From Octopus sinensis (Eukaryota), in the NCBI RefSeq assembly GCF_006345805.1, contig NC_043011.1, positions 61,392,464 through 61,456,463 of the forward strand: a stretch of 64,000 nucleotides of DNA, in the 5' to 3' direction. This document shows positions 1 through 12,565 of the stretch, in pieces. Numbering within the stretch: the first letter of the stretch is position 1; every line of letters starts with the position of its first letter. The notes under the pieces were generated by a model, which had not been told where the DNA came from, searched no databases, and was given only the letters and a program-made list of their open reading frames with translations. The translations under genes were made by a program, and so were the position numbers.

Positions 1-97
1 TCTTGCTGAAGACCACAACTCGCAGCCCGGTCCGCGATTCGATCCCACAACCTCGCGATTGTAAGCTCGACGCTCTAAACATAGAGCCATGCGCCTT
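1..97 (-). mobile_element. tRNA-derived SINE, family A, 5' head (runs off window)
   Basis: Reverse complement reads GGCGCATGGCTC..TTTAGAGCGTCGAGCTTACAATCGCGAGGTTGTGGGATCGAATCGC, with A-box and B-box-like motifs, followed by TTGTGGTCTTCAGCAAGA. Same family as 12566-12894. Confidence 0.75.
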
Positions 98-100
<3 letters not shown>

Positions 101-179
<79 letters not shown>

Positions 180-269
180 TATATACATATATATATATAG
201 ACAGTGAGATAGATAAATACATAGAGTGACAACCATACACACGTGCGCACAGGCGTAAAACATATATGT

Positions 270-315
<46 letters not shown>
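101..315. repeat. (TA)n microsatellites
   Basis: Direct read. Confidence 0.95.
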
Positions 316-317
<2 letters not shown>

Positions 318-674
318 CAGGTTTGCATTATCTGCAATAATATCCTCGGCACACTGCAATAATTGTCTTGAAACTAGTCCAGTTTTAAGTTAATTATTAT
401 CAATGCAGTTTAAATTCTAAATATTTGGCAAACATTTGGAATTTTACCAGAAAACCTGATTTCGTAAACTAGACTACTGAAGATTTATTACAGTTCCGAG
501 ACATATATAGATTCTTTCTTATTTTTATAAATATACTTTTCTTTTTGTTGTGGTAACTAAATTTGTTTCAATTTACTGAGTGAATGTGTTTTCTCCTTCA
601 ACGACAATAACAACAACAAAACCCGTAACAACATTTGTAATAGTAAAAACAACAACAACAATTGCTTCAAAGTT

Positions 675-860
675 TGGCCCCCGACCAGAACTTTTTAGTG
701 GTGGGGAACAATGAAATGCATCGGTCTCTATACTTGACTGATATTTTGCTTTAACGATCCCCAAAGGATGGAAGTCAAAGCTGATCACGGTGGGACTTAA
801 ATTCAGAACGTAAAGAACAGGCCACCGCTAAGCATTTTGTTCGACGCGCTAATGATTCTC
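675..860 (-). mobile_element. SINE family B, degenerate
   Basis: Diverged match to the GATGAAAGGCAAAGTCGACCTCGGCGGAATTTGAACTCAGAACGTA core seen in many copies in this window. Confidence 0.6.
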
Positions 861-879
861 TCTGCCTTAATAATGATGG

Positions 880-1074
880 TATCAAATTTTGCCACAAAAC
901 TAGCCATTTTGGGGGAGGGTATTACATCGTCCCCAGTATTCAGCTGGTACTTAGTTTATCGACCCAAAAAGGATGAAAGGCAAAGTTGATCTCGGCGGAA
1001 TTTGAACTCAGAACGTAGACGGGCGCTAAACATTTTTGCCCGGTGCGCTAACGATTCTGCGAGCGCGTCGCCTT
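880..1074 (-). mobile_element. SINE family B
   Basis: GGATGAAAGGCAAAGTTGATCTCGGCGGAATTTGAACTCAGAACGTA; on the minus strand GAGTTCAAATTCC is a B-box. Confidence 0.85.
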
Positions 1075-1721
1075 ATATAAAATCAAAGCGACCAGTTGCG
1101 GGGCACGAAATAAACAAATGGTGTAAAAAGATTGACCTTCCATATAATAACACTGAGGGTGCCAAAGAAACTGAACGATTTGAGTGACACCAGGATCTAG
1201 CCCGGGTGTTGTGGTTATTGGTATACTTGCCGCCAACAGCCAAACTGTTAAAGAAGATGTTGAAGGATATTGGAACTGCGATGCACACTGTCAACGATTG
1301 TGCATTGTGCAAACATTTTAAACATGATTCTTGATATTTGAGGAGACGGCAAAACACTAAGATAAGATTTTTGCAAACTAGAGTCGAATATCAACGGTTT
1401 AATGTTATTTTGTTATATCGCCAGTGACGATAAATTACATGTGTGTGCGAAATAATAATATATCACAATACCAAAATATAACCGTGTAATAATAAACAAC
1501 GTAACGAGTTGGTTACCAGAACCATTCGCACAATATCGATCCAATGTTTTAACGCAAAACCAATCACGACGCTAACGCTCTCAGAATTCGACCTCAACTG
1601 GTACTCGCACATCTGTTTATAAGACTCGTCCATCTACTGACAGTCACATGCACCGGTGTCAGCTCCCGCCACAACCAAAATTGTTACTCGAATACTTGAT
1701 TGTAGGTACCACAATTTTTAT

Positions 1722-2210
1722 AATTGTTTTAGATGATTATGTTCCGGGTTCAGTCCCACTGCGTGGCACCTTGGGCAAGTGTCTTCTGCCATAGCCTCGG
1801 GCCGACCAATGCCTTGTGAATGGATTTGGTAGACGGAAACTGAAAGAAGCTTGTCGTATATATGCATATATATATATATGTATGTGTGTGTATATGTGTG
1901 TGTCTGTCTTTGTCCCCCTAGCATTGCTTGACAACCGATGCTGGTGTGTTTACGTCCCCGTCACTTAGCGGTTCGGCAAAAGAGACCGATAGAATAAGTA
2001 CTGGGCTTACAAAGAATAAGTCCCGAGGTCGATTTGCTCGACTAAAGGCGGTGCTCCAGCATGACCGCAGTCAAATGACTGAAACAAGTAAAAGAGACCG
2101 ATAGAATAAGTACTGGGCTTACAAAGAATAAGTCTCGGGGTCGATTTGCTCGACTAAAGGCGGTGCTCCAGCATGGCCGCAGTCAAATGACTGAAACAAG
2201 TAAAAGAGTA
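1722..2210 (+). mobile_element. SINE family C, near full length, with tandem duplication of about 118 bp of the 3' tail
   Basis: GTTCCGGGTTCAGTCCCACTGCGTGGCACCTTGGGCAAGTGTCTTC head, internal (TA)/(TG) tract, and the AAGAGACCGATAGAATAAGTACTGGGCTTACAAAGAATAAGTC...GAAACAAGTAAAAGAG tail present twice. Confidence 0.9.
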
Positions 2211-2764
2211 AAAAAGTATGTATCCATAAAGAGACAGATGTTCCCTAGGCCATCTAAACGTTGACCAAGTGGGACATCCAGATTATAAGAGCCAAATCGA
2301 AAGAGTATCATACAATACCAGTACTCCACTGGTAGTCGCAATAGCAGAGGAGAAAAGAGCAATGTAGGCTGGAGCGGTTTCACTCAGCTACTCAGCATCA
2401 CGCGGTCTGGAAATTGAAACAACGAACTTAGGATGTTGAGCTGTGGTTCACACGCCTGAAGTCTCAGTAGAGTCTGGAATATGTTTTCAGACGTTTTGCC
2501 GTCAATATGGCACTACTGCAAAAAGCGTTGGCATTTTACAGTGTTAATTGGCTGTTTCCATGCCAAATGATGTGATGGGACAGAAAGAAGTGGATGAAAA
2601 TAATCAAACGACTGGAAGAAAGAAGAAAAAAACACACAAAGAAGAAATATTCATGTTTGCGAAGAATATAGCTAAAGATGCGACGAAATATTTAATTGAT
2701 CTCATGCTATGCGGAAATCGAAGGCCACTCGATACCTAACAAACAAACTTGAAAATATGCAAGT

Positions 2765-3068
2765 TTCACACACACACACACACAGAGAAAAACACAGAAA
2801 CACATAACACACATATACCACACACACACACACACACACCACACCCACACACACACAGAGAAACACATAACACACATACACCACATACACACACACACAG
2901 AGGAAAACATAACACACACACCACACACACACACACACAAACATATGTATAGTTTTCGGAATATATATTACTTTTCTTTGCAGAGTTTAAGCCGCCCACA
3001 TATATTGTATATTTCTATGTGCATATGTATGCACATAGGTATACACAACACACACAAACACACACATA

Positions 3069-3118
<50 letters not shown>

Positions 3119-3320
3119 ATATGCATATATATATATATATATATACATATACATACATATGTATATACAAACATATATGCATACATATAACATATATATA
3201 TGTGTGTGTGTGGGTGTGTGTGTATACATACGTATATGTATATATGTATATGTATGTATGCATGTCTATGTGTGTGTGTATGTGTGTGTATGTGAGTGTA
3301 TATTTACGTGTGTGTGTGTT
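2765..3320. repeat. Compound (CA)n/(TA)n/(TG)n microsatellite
   Basis: Direct read. Confidence 0.95.
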
Positions 3321-5964
3321 CTCTTCAATTTTTAATTATTAGAAATCTTCTTGTAAGGAAGGAGCTTGTTATTAACAATGATACAACGATCCATCTTCAA
3401 AACCTAGATGCAAAAAAAAAATAAAATTCACATTTTAAACTGCAGAACGATATTGCAATTGAGACACGTTCTGAGTTCAAATTCCATCGAAGTCCACATT
3501 TCTACCGTTCCGCTTTATATATTGTGTTTCCAACGTACCTGTTGAGAAGGTTGGTTTTCTGAAAACCCGACTTAACAGGTGGGTTTCCCCTACTGCCAAT
3601 GCCAACCCTACCAAGTACTTTTGGTGTAAATGTCAATTTATTATCTGAGTATAGAAAATGAAAGTTTCCAAGCATTCCTCCTCATTTATTTTCATGGTCT
3701 TTGGTCTTCAACGATGTACACATAAGCAGAGCACCCGATTTCTGTCACAGTACATACGTATCGTCCTGCCTGTCCCAAACAATATTTGGTCAATTACGCT
3801 TAGGCTTGGTAGAAGTTTTGAAAGAAATGCTTCCCTAATATTCCTTGTGCCGATGTGTTTCTTATATATGTTATGTATTCAATAACAGGGTTCCCTATAA
3901 AATAGGGTTCTCTATATTTATCACAGACCTAACTTTACCTCCGAGATGCCGTTCCATATTATTTAAACAATGCCGTGTCGCTTTGGGAGGTAGCAGCTTG
4001 ATGACAATTTTGGGGAGTTTCAAATGATATCCGTGATATCTTCCACAGAAATGTGACATCGTCAACATTTTCGATGTCTCTTTTGCATATTTGTTATTTC
4101 GTAACAAACTCCTTCTCTTGGATTGCAAACGTATTGCCTTCGAAGTATGATGCGATATCGCAGACATCTTTCGTCCAGTAGTTCCGGTGTGAATGTTAGA
4201 TGCGCATTCCTGCTTCTTTAAGATTTGTCAGTAGCGCGTTGCCACTGCTAACCGCAGGCAAGAACAAATTCTATCGCTTTTGTGTTTTCCTATTCAATAC
4301 ATTCATAAGTAATGTTATAGCCGGACGAACATAGCGTTTAATTTGCCTTTTCCAATGTATTTGTACTAAGTATGATACACACATATAGCTATGACATAAT
4401 ACGGATTGTTTACCCAATCGCTTTTCAAAGCACACTTCTAAGATGTTGTAATCAATACTTCGTATTTGTATTGATTTCAGTGGAACAATATATATATATA
4501 TGTATATGTGTGTGTGTGTGTATACATACATATATACATGCATACATGCATACAGAGGGAGAGAGAGTGGAGAGAGACAGAGAGGGAGAGGGGTGGGAGT
4601 GTAGATTGTTCATGTTTTTTTTTCTTTTTTGTTTGCCGAGCGTTTTCGAACTATTAAGTACGAATAATTCTTTTGGCCAAATTCCATCGGTATTTTCAGC
4701 TGAAAATGTTATAATTAAAAGCATCTGCTTCTCTGCATCAGAAACGCTTCCAGTTTAGATCTTTAAAGTGTTAACAAAGAAATTACATGTTATAGTTTTC
4801 TTTGTTCTTGTAGACTCAAGCATACGAGCAGGCAAGATGCTTTCTTGTTGTTGCTGTAAGTTACAGGAATGAGCAGCTGAGACAACAAATATTTACCTTC
4901 CCACGTGGTAAATCCAGCAAATATCTGTGAGATATAAAATCAAGTCTTTCTTTAACCAATTTATATTATCACCAGCTTTCTATTTTAGTCTTGATTTTTC
5001 TTTCTTTTTTTTTTATTTCATTTCAGCCGACACAGTAGTTTTGTTATCAAAATTTGTTTAGAACTTTGCTACAGTTCATTCTTTCCACATGCCTGCTCAT
5101 CATTTATTGCTATGTCTTAGAGGAATTGATTTAAACAGCTTGATTAAATCTTATGTATAATACCTAGTCAAAGAATATATAAACCATTACGTTCTGCCGA
5201 ACCAGCGCTTTCATTTTTGGCAACAATATCTGTCTCCGTTATGGCAAACCAGTTTGGTAAGTTCAGTTTGCCTTCTACAATTCTTTAAATGGGAGACGTA
5301 TGTGGTGTCTTGTATAACTTTCTATAACCCGTATACCAATATTAAGCCATTAAGTCTATTCTTGGTTCTTTCCCATTACACAAATTTACTGCAGACGGAA
5401 AACATTCTGGAGTCGATAGAATATGCTTTAATCTTGTGTTTGTACTGTAATCTTTCCACATTAATTTTTTTCTTCATAAATATAATATATGAGAGTTTCT
5501 TTTCCTTCTAGACTTTACGCCAAAATCGTTTTAAATCCTCATGAGGAAAATTTTATTTCATTGAAATATCTTCCTTCCTCAGATATTATATTCAGGGGCA
5601 ACCTTCTCTTAGCTGATAATTGTCATCACCAAGGGAATACCACTAAGTGCGTCTGTTCAAAAATTCATGCTATTAATTTCCCGCCAAAAGTTTACTGAAT
5701 CACTGTAGATTTTGGTAGGTTTTTTCAAAAATTTACTTGTTGCGTGTAATGAACTTACTGACACGTTACATGTTACGTTTGAATATTAGATTCTACGCTG
5801 ACGGATATTAGAATATTATTTTTTTCTTAGATATGCAGATGGACGCTGAAGGTAGGCTATATTAGAATGATTGCGCTTGCATATAGAATGGTTTTCTTGT
5901 CCAATACGTTCATTATGAAGTTTCGAAATGATGCTAGAGAAAACATAGGCAAGTCTTACTATGA

Positions 5965-6450
5965 TCGTGTGTATGTGTGTATTTGCGTGTATGTGTATGT
6001 ATGTGTGTATATGTGTGTGTATCAGTCTGTGAGTGTATGTGTGTATGTGTGTGTATGTGTATGTGTGTGTATGTGTGTATGTGCGTGTATGTGAGTATGT
6101 ACGTGTATGTGTGTATATGTATGTATGTGTGTGTATGTGTGTATGCGTGTGTGTATGTATGTGTGTATGTGTGTATGTATATGTATGTATATGTGCTTGT
6201 ATGTGTGTGTATATGTGTATGCGTGTGTGTATGTATGTGTGTATGTGTGTATGTGTGTGCATGTATGTGTATGTGTGTATGCATGTGTGTGTGCATATGT
6301 GTATGCGTGTGTGTATGTATGTGTGTATCTATGTGTTTTATGTGTTCGTCTGTATGTGTATGCATGTGTGTGTATGTGTGTGTATGTGTGTGTCTGTGTG
6401 TCTTATGTGCGTGTCTGTATGTGTGTATGCCTGTGTCTGCGTGTGTGTGC
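5965..6450. repeat. Degenerate (TG)/(TA)/(TGTA) compound microsatellite
   Basis: Direct read; accounts for all overlapping ORFs here. Confidence 0.95.
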
Positions 6451-6836
6451 TACTCTTTCTACTAGAATGCTAAAATAGTTCCTATACTATAAGCCTGCAC
6501 CATTGTTATATGCCCAAAGCCCTCCATACCAAATTCCTGTCGAGAACTAATAGCTGCTAATTAACTCAAAATAAATTCCGCTATCATTTGATTGGTTCCA
6601 TTCAATAAGCAAGAGCCATGCTCGATCACGCCTCTACAGATTCTGGTTGATCATATCGATTCAATTCTTTTGTATGATGATTGGTATATCGATCTCGATT
6701 TCGTAAATTCAAATACGATAAGCAAAAGTTCGCCACAAGCTTACAAAGATATAATCTGCGGTTACATCAAGATGTTTTTGTTCATGCAGCGTCATTAATA
6801 GACACGAACAAGTATATATATATTCCAGGCAGTGAT

Positions 6837-6839
<3 letters not shown>

Positions 6840-6888
<49 letters not shown>

Positions 6889-6936
6889 TAATAATAATAT
6901 AATAATAATAATAACAATAACAACAACAAGAACAAC

Positions 6937-6992
<56 letters not shown>

Positions 6993-7104
6993 AAGACAAA
7001 TACAAACAAGAAATCATACTACATAACAAATATGAAGAAGAAGAAGAAGAAGAAGAAGAAGAAGAAGAAGAAGAAGAAGAAGAAGAAGAAGAAGAAGAAG
7101 AAGA
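6840..7104. repeat. (AAT)n-(AAC)n-(AAT)n-(AAG)n trinucleotide array
   Basis: Direct read. Confidence 0.95.
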
Positions 7105-8043
7105 AAACAACAAAAGCTATAAAGCAAATGAAATCAAAACTAAAACTAGAACAGCAACGGACCATGATAAAACGATGGCAAGAAAAGCCCCTTCATGGCA
7201 AGTACTGGACTAAACTAAATGCAAAAGAAATAGACAAAGAAAAATCCCAGCAATGGTTGAGAAGCTCAGGACTCAAAGCAGAAACAGAGGGATTTTTGAT
7301 TGCAGCACAAGACCAAAGCCTCCCCACCAGAAATTACCAAAAACATGTAATGAAAAGAAATATAACAAGTAACTGCAGAATATGTGAAGATGGACAAGAA
7401 ACAATAAATCATATTATCTCTGGCGGCCCAGTCCTGGCTAAGAAGGAATATATTCACAGACATGACAGAGTTGGAACCTACATACACTGGAAGCTATGCC
7501 AACATTATGGAATAACAACAGAAAAAAGATGGTATAGGCACACACCTATAAAGGTCACAGAAAACGAGAAAGCAACCATATTCTGGGATATGCCAATACA
7601 CACAGATAGAAAAATTAAGGCCAACAGACCACATATAGTTGTCAGAGATCATGAAGAAAAATAATGCTTTCTAATTGATGTATCAATACCAGCAGATGGC
7701 AACGTGTCTCTAAAAGAAATGGAGAAACTTTCAAAACACAAAGACCTGGAAATAGAGGTAACTAGAATGTGGAATCTAAAAACAGAAACAATTCCTATTA
7801 TAGTAGGTGCATTAGGCATGATAAAAAAATATTCAGACAAATACATAACAAAAACACCAGGACTTACAAACACATATAACATACAGAAAATTACACTACT
7901 AGGCACTGCACACATCCTACGCAGAACACTTTCCATACAATAACCATCAGAGCATCACAAAAAAATCACAGCACATACCCAAGGCACACAGAGCTGCGCT
8001 CGGTAGTGAAGTGAAAGCACGCTATAAAAATAAAACTACTGAA
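7105..8043 (+). mobile_element. 5'-truncated non-LTR retrotransposon with restriction-like endonuclease (R4/Dong-type); zinc knuckle, RLE and 3'UTR
   Basis: ORFs 7032-7664 and 7704-7943: KPLHGKYW, KAETEGFLIAAQDQSLPTRNY, CRICEDGQETINHIISGG (CCHC, last C mutated), RHDRVGTYIHWKLC, IFWDMPIHTDRKIKANRPHIV (PD mutated to PH), LIDVSIP..KEMEKLSK, IPIIVGALG. One in-frame stop at 7662-7664. Ends in (AAT)n. Confidence 0.9.
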
Positions 8044-8048
8044 TGATG

Positions 8049-8121
<73 letters not shown>
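8044..8121. repeat. (AAT)n
   Basis: Direct read. Confidence 0.95.
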
Positions 8122-8122
<1 letters not shown>

Positions 8123-8129
8123 GACAAAA

Positions 8130-8305
8130 TACCTTAGGAATGAGAACCCTGGTTTGAAATTTCCCCAGGTCACCTGTTGAAGGCTGGGAGGTGTATCAGC
8201 CAAACCATTGTGTTAACAACAAAAAAGATGAGGACAAATATCCGTCAAATGTAAATAACGTAAATAATGTACGTAATTCCTCATCTCTCAAATATAGAAC
8301 TGAAT
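8130..8305 (+). mobile_element. Short repeat, probable PLE terminus, with degenerate hammerhead motif
   Basis: 8171-8213: CAC CTGTTGA A GGCTG ggaggtgtat CAGCC AAACC ATT GTG. Helix II GGCTG/CAGCC is intact; core positions are mutated. Confidence 0.45.
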
Positions 8306-9149
8306 TTCAGTCCATATATTAAATTACGTTTGAAGATGATACACTGCATAGCATGGTTGATCTATACTTACGTCTTATATATAAAAACGAATGTGGCAGT
8401 CATGGATGGAGATGCACTTGATAATAAGTGTACAAGAAAGAAATAACTTACAACTAAATAACAATGACAGCTGAATCTGCTGCCATTACAACAACAAAAA
8501 CTACAACAATTCTTCACTTTGTAAACATCAAAATCTATTTTGAAATCAGGTTTATATTTTTGTTGTTTCATTTAAAAGAAAAGAACAATTTTTCTTCAAT
8601 TGAAATTGCATTTCTTTGGGTTTTTTGTTGTTTTTTTTGTATTTAGAAGCAAAAATGTACACTTTAATTATTATCGTCATCATCGCTTTTATTAACGTTG
8701 TTCTTGTTTTTTTGTAGTTGTTGTGTTTGTTGGTATCGTGGAAGTCGAATTCGTCTTTCCAGCCATTGTCGTTTGTCTGTTGTTACTGCTGCTACTGCTG
8801 CTGCTGCTCCTGTTGTTCTTCTTCTTCTCCTCCTCCTCCTCCTCCTCCTCCTCCTTCTTCTTCTTCTTCTTCCAATCAGGACTCACACCGTTAGCCACAA
8901 AGAATAACCTCTAATTCGAGCCTACTCTAAGCTACTAAGAATGCGTGTGGCAACTTCAAGATCCACCCACCACACGCGATAGACTGGCGGTTGCACGGGC
9001 GCGAAAGCTACGTAATTATCCTCATTCCGTAAACGCTGGCTTTTGACGGGTGGCGAGATGAACCATAGTCGGGTACAGAGGATTCGCAATCTAGACTAGG
9101 ATCTGAAAGTTTCCACTCCGTAGTGGGTTACATCATGGTTCCTCTGCTT

Positions 9150-9345
9150 TGTGGCAGAAGTGGGAAGAAAGGGTGAGAGAAAGTTGAGGGGAAAGAGTAC
9201 AGCGCGGGTGTCACTGCCACTCCTGCCGGAGCCTCGTAGAGCTCAGGTGTTTTTGCTCAATAAACACTCACAATGCCCGATCTGGGAATCGAAACCGCGT
9301 TCTTACGACCGCGAGTCCGCTGCCCTAACCACTGGGCCATTGCGC
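9150..9345 (-). mobile_element. SINE family D (tRNA-derived)
   Basis: Reverse complement GGGGCGCAATGGCCCAGTGGTTAGGGCAGCGGACTCGCGGTCGTAAGACGCGGTTTCGATTCCC; matches 35217-35495. Confidence 0.85.
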
Positions 9346-9919
9346 CCCCACACTGCTGTTGTTACTGCTGTTGATGTTGGTGTTGTTCATGGTTTTAATG
9401 TTGTTGCTTGTATAGGCCAGCCCGGGGAGCCGAGACAACCTGTTATGGTAATCCTCAAAGAAGTCCACATTTTCTACTCCGTCGCAAAGAAAAAACAGGT
9501 AAATCTCTCTCCGTCAGATGTCGATCTGTGGCTTTGTTGCGACGCTGCACCTGCACCAACCAAGCCCATCGAATCTATAATCAAAAAGCTCCTCATCCGT
9601 CACCATTTTATATGTCTAACTGTTCAAGACTACATACATTATTTAGTGCTTCCCTATATTTTTTTTTTGCGACAGAATTTGATTTTAAGGAAATTTGGCT
9701 GCAATTATTAGCAATACAAACAACCGCGATAGTGGCACCCATGTTTTCTTTTTTCTTTTTGCTGTTTCGGAAAAAATGATGTAAACTTTGGTTAATGAGC
9801 GCAACGAATATCAATTAACGTAATTGTTCAATTAATTTAATGGATTAATCAGCCAAAAAATTTAATTGAATACAATTTCCTCCTCTCTATTCATTGAGTT
9901 TAAGTTATTGAAGTTGTCG

Positions 9920-11000
9920 AAGAGAAATGTAATGTTTGGTGCTGGCACTCATGCTGCGAAAATTAGACTCATCCACGGCATAACAAAATATTCATTTGTA
10001 ACTAATTTTAAGCAATTAAAATTCTCATGTTGTAGTCCTTATCACTTTTGACCTTTGTGATGCAGGTCGACTAATTGGCGCCTTTCTCAACTGCGCCCCA
10101 CGCATAGTTATCCATAGGATTATAATCGGAGGGATTAGAAGATCAAATGGCGTATAAAGAATCTGATAACAACTTCTGACTCTTTCCAGTGGTATGTCAA
10201 GGTGCTACATCCTGCTACCACACATATAGCCTCTCAGTAGTAGTTCTTTCCAGCCAGGGATTGACCAGTCTCCAGCAGCTTTACAGAGCCATCTAAATTA
10301 AACCTACCGCTCAGTTCAGGGATGTGAGCTGGAATGACGTCACCCTCACTGAAAGCATAAATAGAATTTGACAAGACTTGTTTTACTTGATCCGTAGGAT
10401 GTCATATAGATTGTAGGCCAACCACGTTTCGTTCTGTGTGTTGTGCAACTGGTCCTAACATTTCTTTAGATCTGAGAAGAACCAGATCTTCCTTGGCTCA
10501 ACAGAATGTCTCAGCTCGATCAGAAGCTTCCTTGCCTAGCTCAGGTGGTATTACTTAGCATTGGCTCTTAGAATTTGTCCCTTGTACCTCTTGTACGTGT
10601 GATAGTGAAGATCGTCATTCAGGGTCATCATCATGTTGGCCACACCAACACCTATATGTCTCGTTAGAGCATGGATTCCCTTGCTCAGCTCGTCCATCAC
10701 CTTTTCCTGCAGTTATTTAGATGAACGTTGCTGTGCGGACGCAATCACCATTCTTGCTATGCTTGTTTATTCTTGTTGGCCACGGCTTCGTAGTCTCCGT
10801 TGCAGCTGTCTATGTCACCCCTTACAGCCTTTTCGGTGTTCACAGAGCATTGAGCAGCAGTTACGGGATCGGTAGTTTAATGCCCGGTGAAAATAACCAT
10901 GGTAAAAGTAACTCTTCTTCAATATTCAGTTGCACTCTAATCGTCCGTTTCAGCTAATTTTTTTCTCAAGTATAACTTTAATCAACGCCGTTGACCACTC
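9920..11000 (-). mobile_element. Decayed Tc1/mariner transposase, DD37D (maT)-like
   Basis: Manual minus-strand translation: EPRKIWFFSD.., PWLERTTTERLYVW*QDVAP*HTTGKSQKLLSD.., SDYNPMDNYAWGAVEK. Several stops. Element boundaries approximate. Confidence 0.75.
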
Positions 11001-11254
11001 AGCAATACATCAAGTTCTTCTGAAGTGTCACAAGCGACAGTGACTTGCTAAGAGGTGCCATGTTTTATTTAATTGTCAGAGAAGCCTTTGTGTACTTGAA
11101 CAGTTATAAACACTAACCGACACTTACCTTGGCCTTCCTTATTCATCATCCAGCACAGAAACATGCATAGAAAACTTCGGTTTTTTTTCTATCTCAAGCG
11201 GCTTTTCAGCCCAATATCTACAGGCTATTATTTATGGTTTTATGTGTTTTGAGA

Positions 11255-11410
11255 TAAGTTACATCGACCCCAGTACTCCCTTTATCGGCCCCGAAGGAAT
11301 GACAGACAAAGTTGTTTTCAGCAGGTTTTGAACTCGGAATATAAAGACAAGCGAAATGCTGTAAAGCTGTTTGTCCGGCGAGCTAACGATTCAAATATCT
11401 CACAGCCTTA
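11255..11410 (-). mobile_element. SINE family B, degenerate
   Basis: ATCGACCCCAGTAC..ATCGGCCCCGAAGGAATGACAGACAAAGTT..TTTGAACTCGGAAT. Confidence 0.7.
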
Positions 11411-11800
11411 ATCGTCAACATAATATTAATTAATTGTATGCAATGAAGGGAACCCATAGAACTTGTTTAAGCTTTTAGTTTTGTCATTTTCTTCCTATAA
11501 CATCATAATACTTTGCAACGTTGAGAATTATTAACAAATGACGCTATAAGGTTTCAAGCGAAATGTGTAAACTGATTAATTAATTCGCTTCTGAAATACA
11601 CATTTGAAAAGCATTCGATAATTTCTGCTGTTGCTTTTATATTTGTAAATTTTAAATGAGTTTCTGATTAGATTTAATATTGCTTATTGGAGAATGTATA
11701 AAACACGATTAAAACAACATTTGATATTGAGAAAATAATAATTTCAAAAGTTAGCTACAAGGCTTCATATGTATGAGGAAGGAAATAAAAAAAGTGATGC

Positions 11801-12186
11801 TGTAACGCAAGTGTTTGTCGCATTCGGGTTTCATTAATTAATTTGTAATTTTTCCGAAAAGAATTTAAAGCATGAAATGCGAATTCAGCTGGCCGAACTC
11901 TGGTCATTGCTTTGTTGAGTTTATAACTTTCGTAACCTTGACGCACGTTGGATATACAAGTTAAAGAAGCGGAGGTTAAATCAATGAGTTCACATGACGT
12001 ACTTCGCGAAAGTACCAAAACGCTTGCAGTCGAAGTCTACCAACCTCTACTCTTTAGAAGAGTTCAGCTAGTCCATTCTTCCAATCCCCGAGGAGTGTTA
12101 ATGACTTTCGCCACAGCATCTACCCCTTTGAGACTGAATTCTATTGGGAGTCAATATTATTTTTTATTAATTTTGCTTTCATCACA
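11801..12186 (-). mobile_element. Probable 3' LTR of the adjacent Gypsy-type element
   Basis: On the minus strand a purine tract AAAAGGGGAAAA is followed directly by TGTGATG at 12186. A matching end CGTTACA lies at 11801. The far boundary is tentative. Confidence 0.45.
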
Positions 12187-12540
12187 TTTTCCCTTTTAAG
12201 GTTTTCCTCTTTGGGAAGTTTAATATTTCTTCCGTTTAGGCATTACTTCCAGCCATCCTGTTTGTTTCCTCTTTCTTGTGCTGCTACGACTAGGTTCGAT
12301 TTCTTGTGGCGTTGCAGCATCAAAAGTGTCATAGAACACTTCCATGGGGATCTCTTTTTTTTCCGTATATCTGTTTTCTAGCTGCTTTAAATGTCTTTTC
12401 TGTTCCCAATTTACACCTCTTATACATGTCATTTTGCCTACTCTTTTTGCTTCTACTCCATCTTCCCAACCTTGTCTTCCATTTTTATATATTTTGAAAA
12501 ACACCTTGTCACCGATATTAAAAACTTGTCGCAATTTTAG
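12187..12540 (-). mobile_element. Gypsy-type LTR retrotransposon, integrase C-terminal region and PPT
   Basis: ORF 12220-12534 (RQVFNIGDKVFFKIYKNGRQGWEDGVEAKRVGKMTCI..WEQKRHLKQLENRY) resembles pol C-termini (GDxV..W..G..KRH.NQL). The stop is followed by a PPT. Confidence 0.65.
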
Positions 12541-12565
12541 TGTTTTCCCTATTTGTTTTTTTTTT

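Noticed and set aside
3530-4200. Coding-like, non-repetitive stretch (possible integrase zinc-finger remnant, EFVTK*QICK)
   Set aside because: No consistent frame or diagnostic motif.
8940-9130. CpG-rich patch with an 8-bp stem (GCGTGTGG/CCACACGC)
   Set aside because: Too little structure to distinguish from chance or an unrecognised TE fragment.
11120-11135. Strong minus-strand splice donors (AG|GTAAGT here and at about 31470)
   Set aside because: No open upstream exon with an acceptor; both lie in probable TE sequence.
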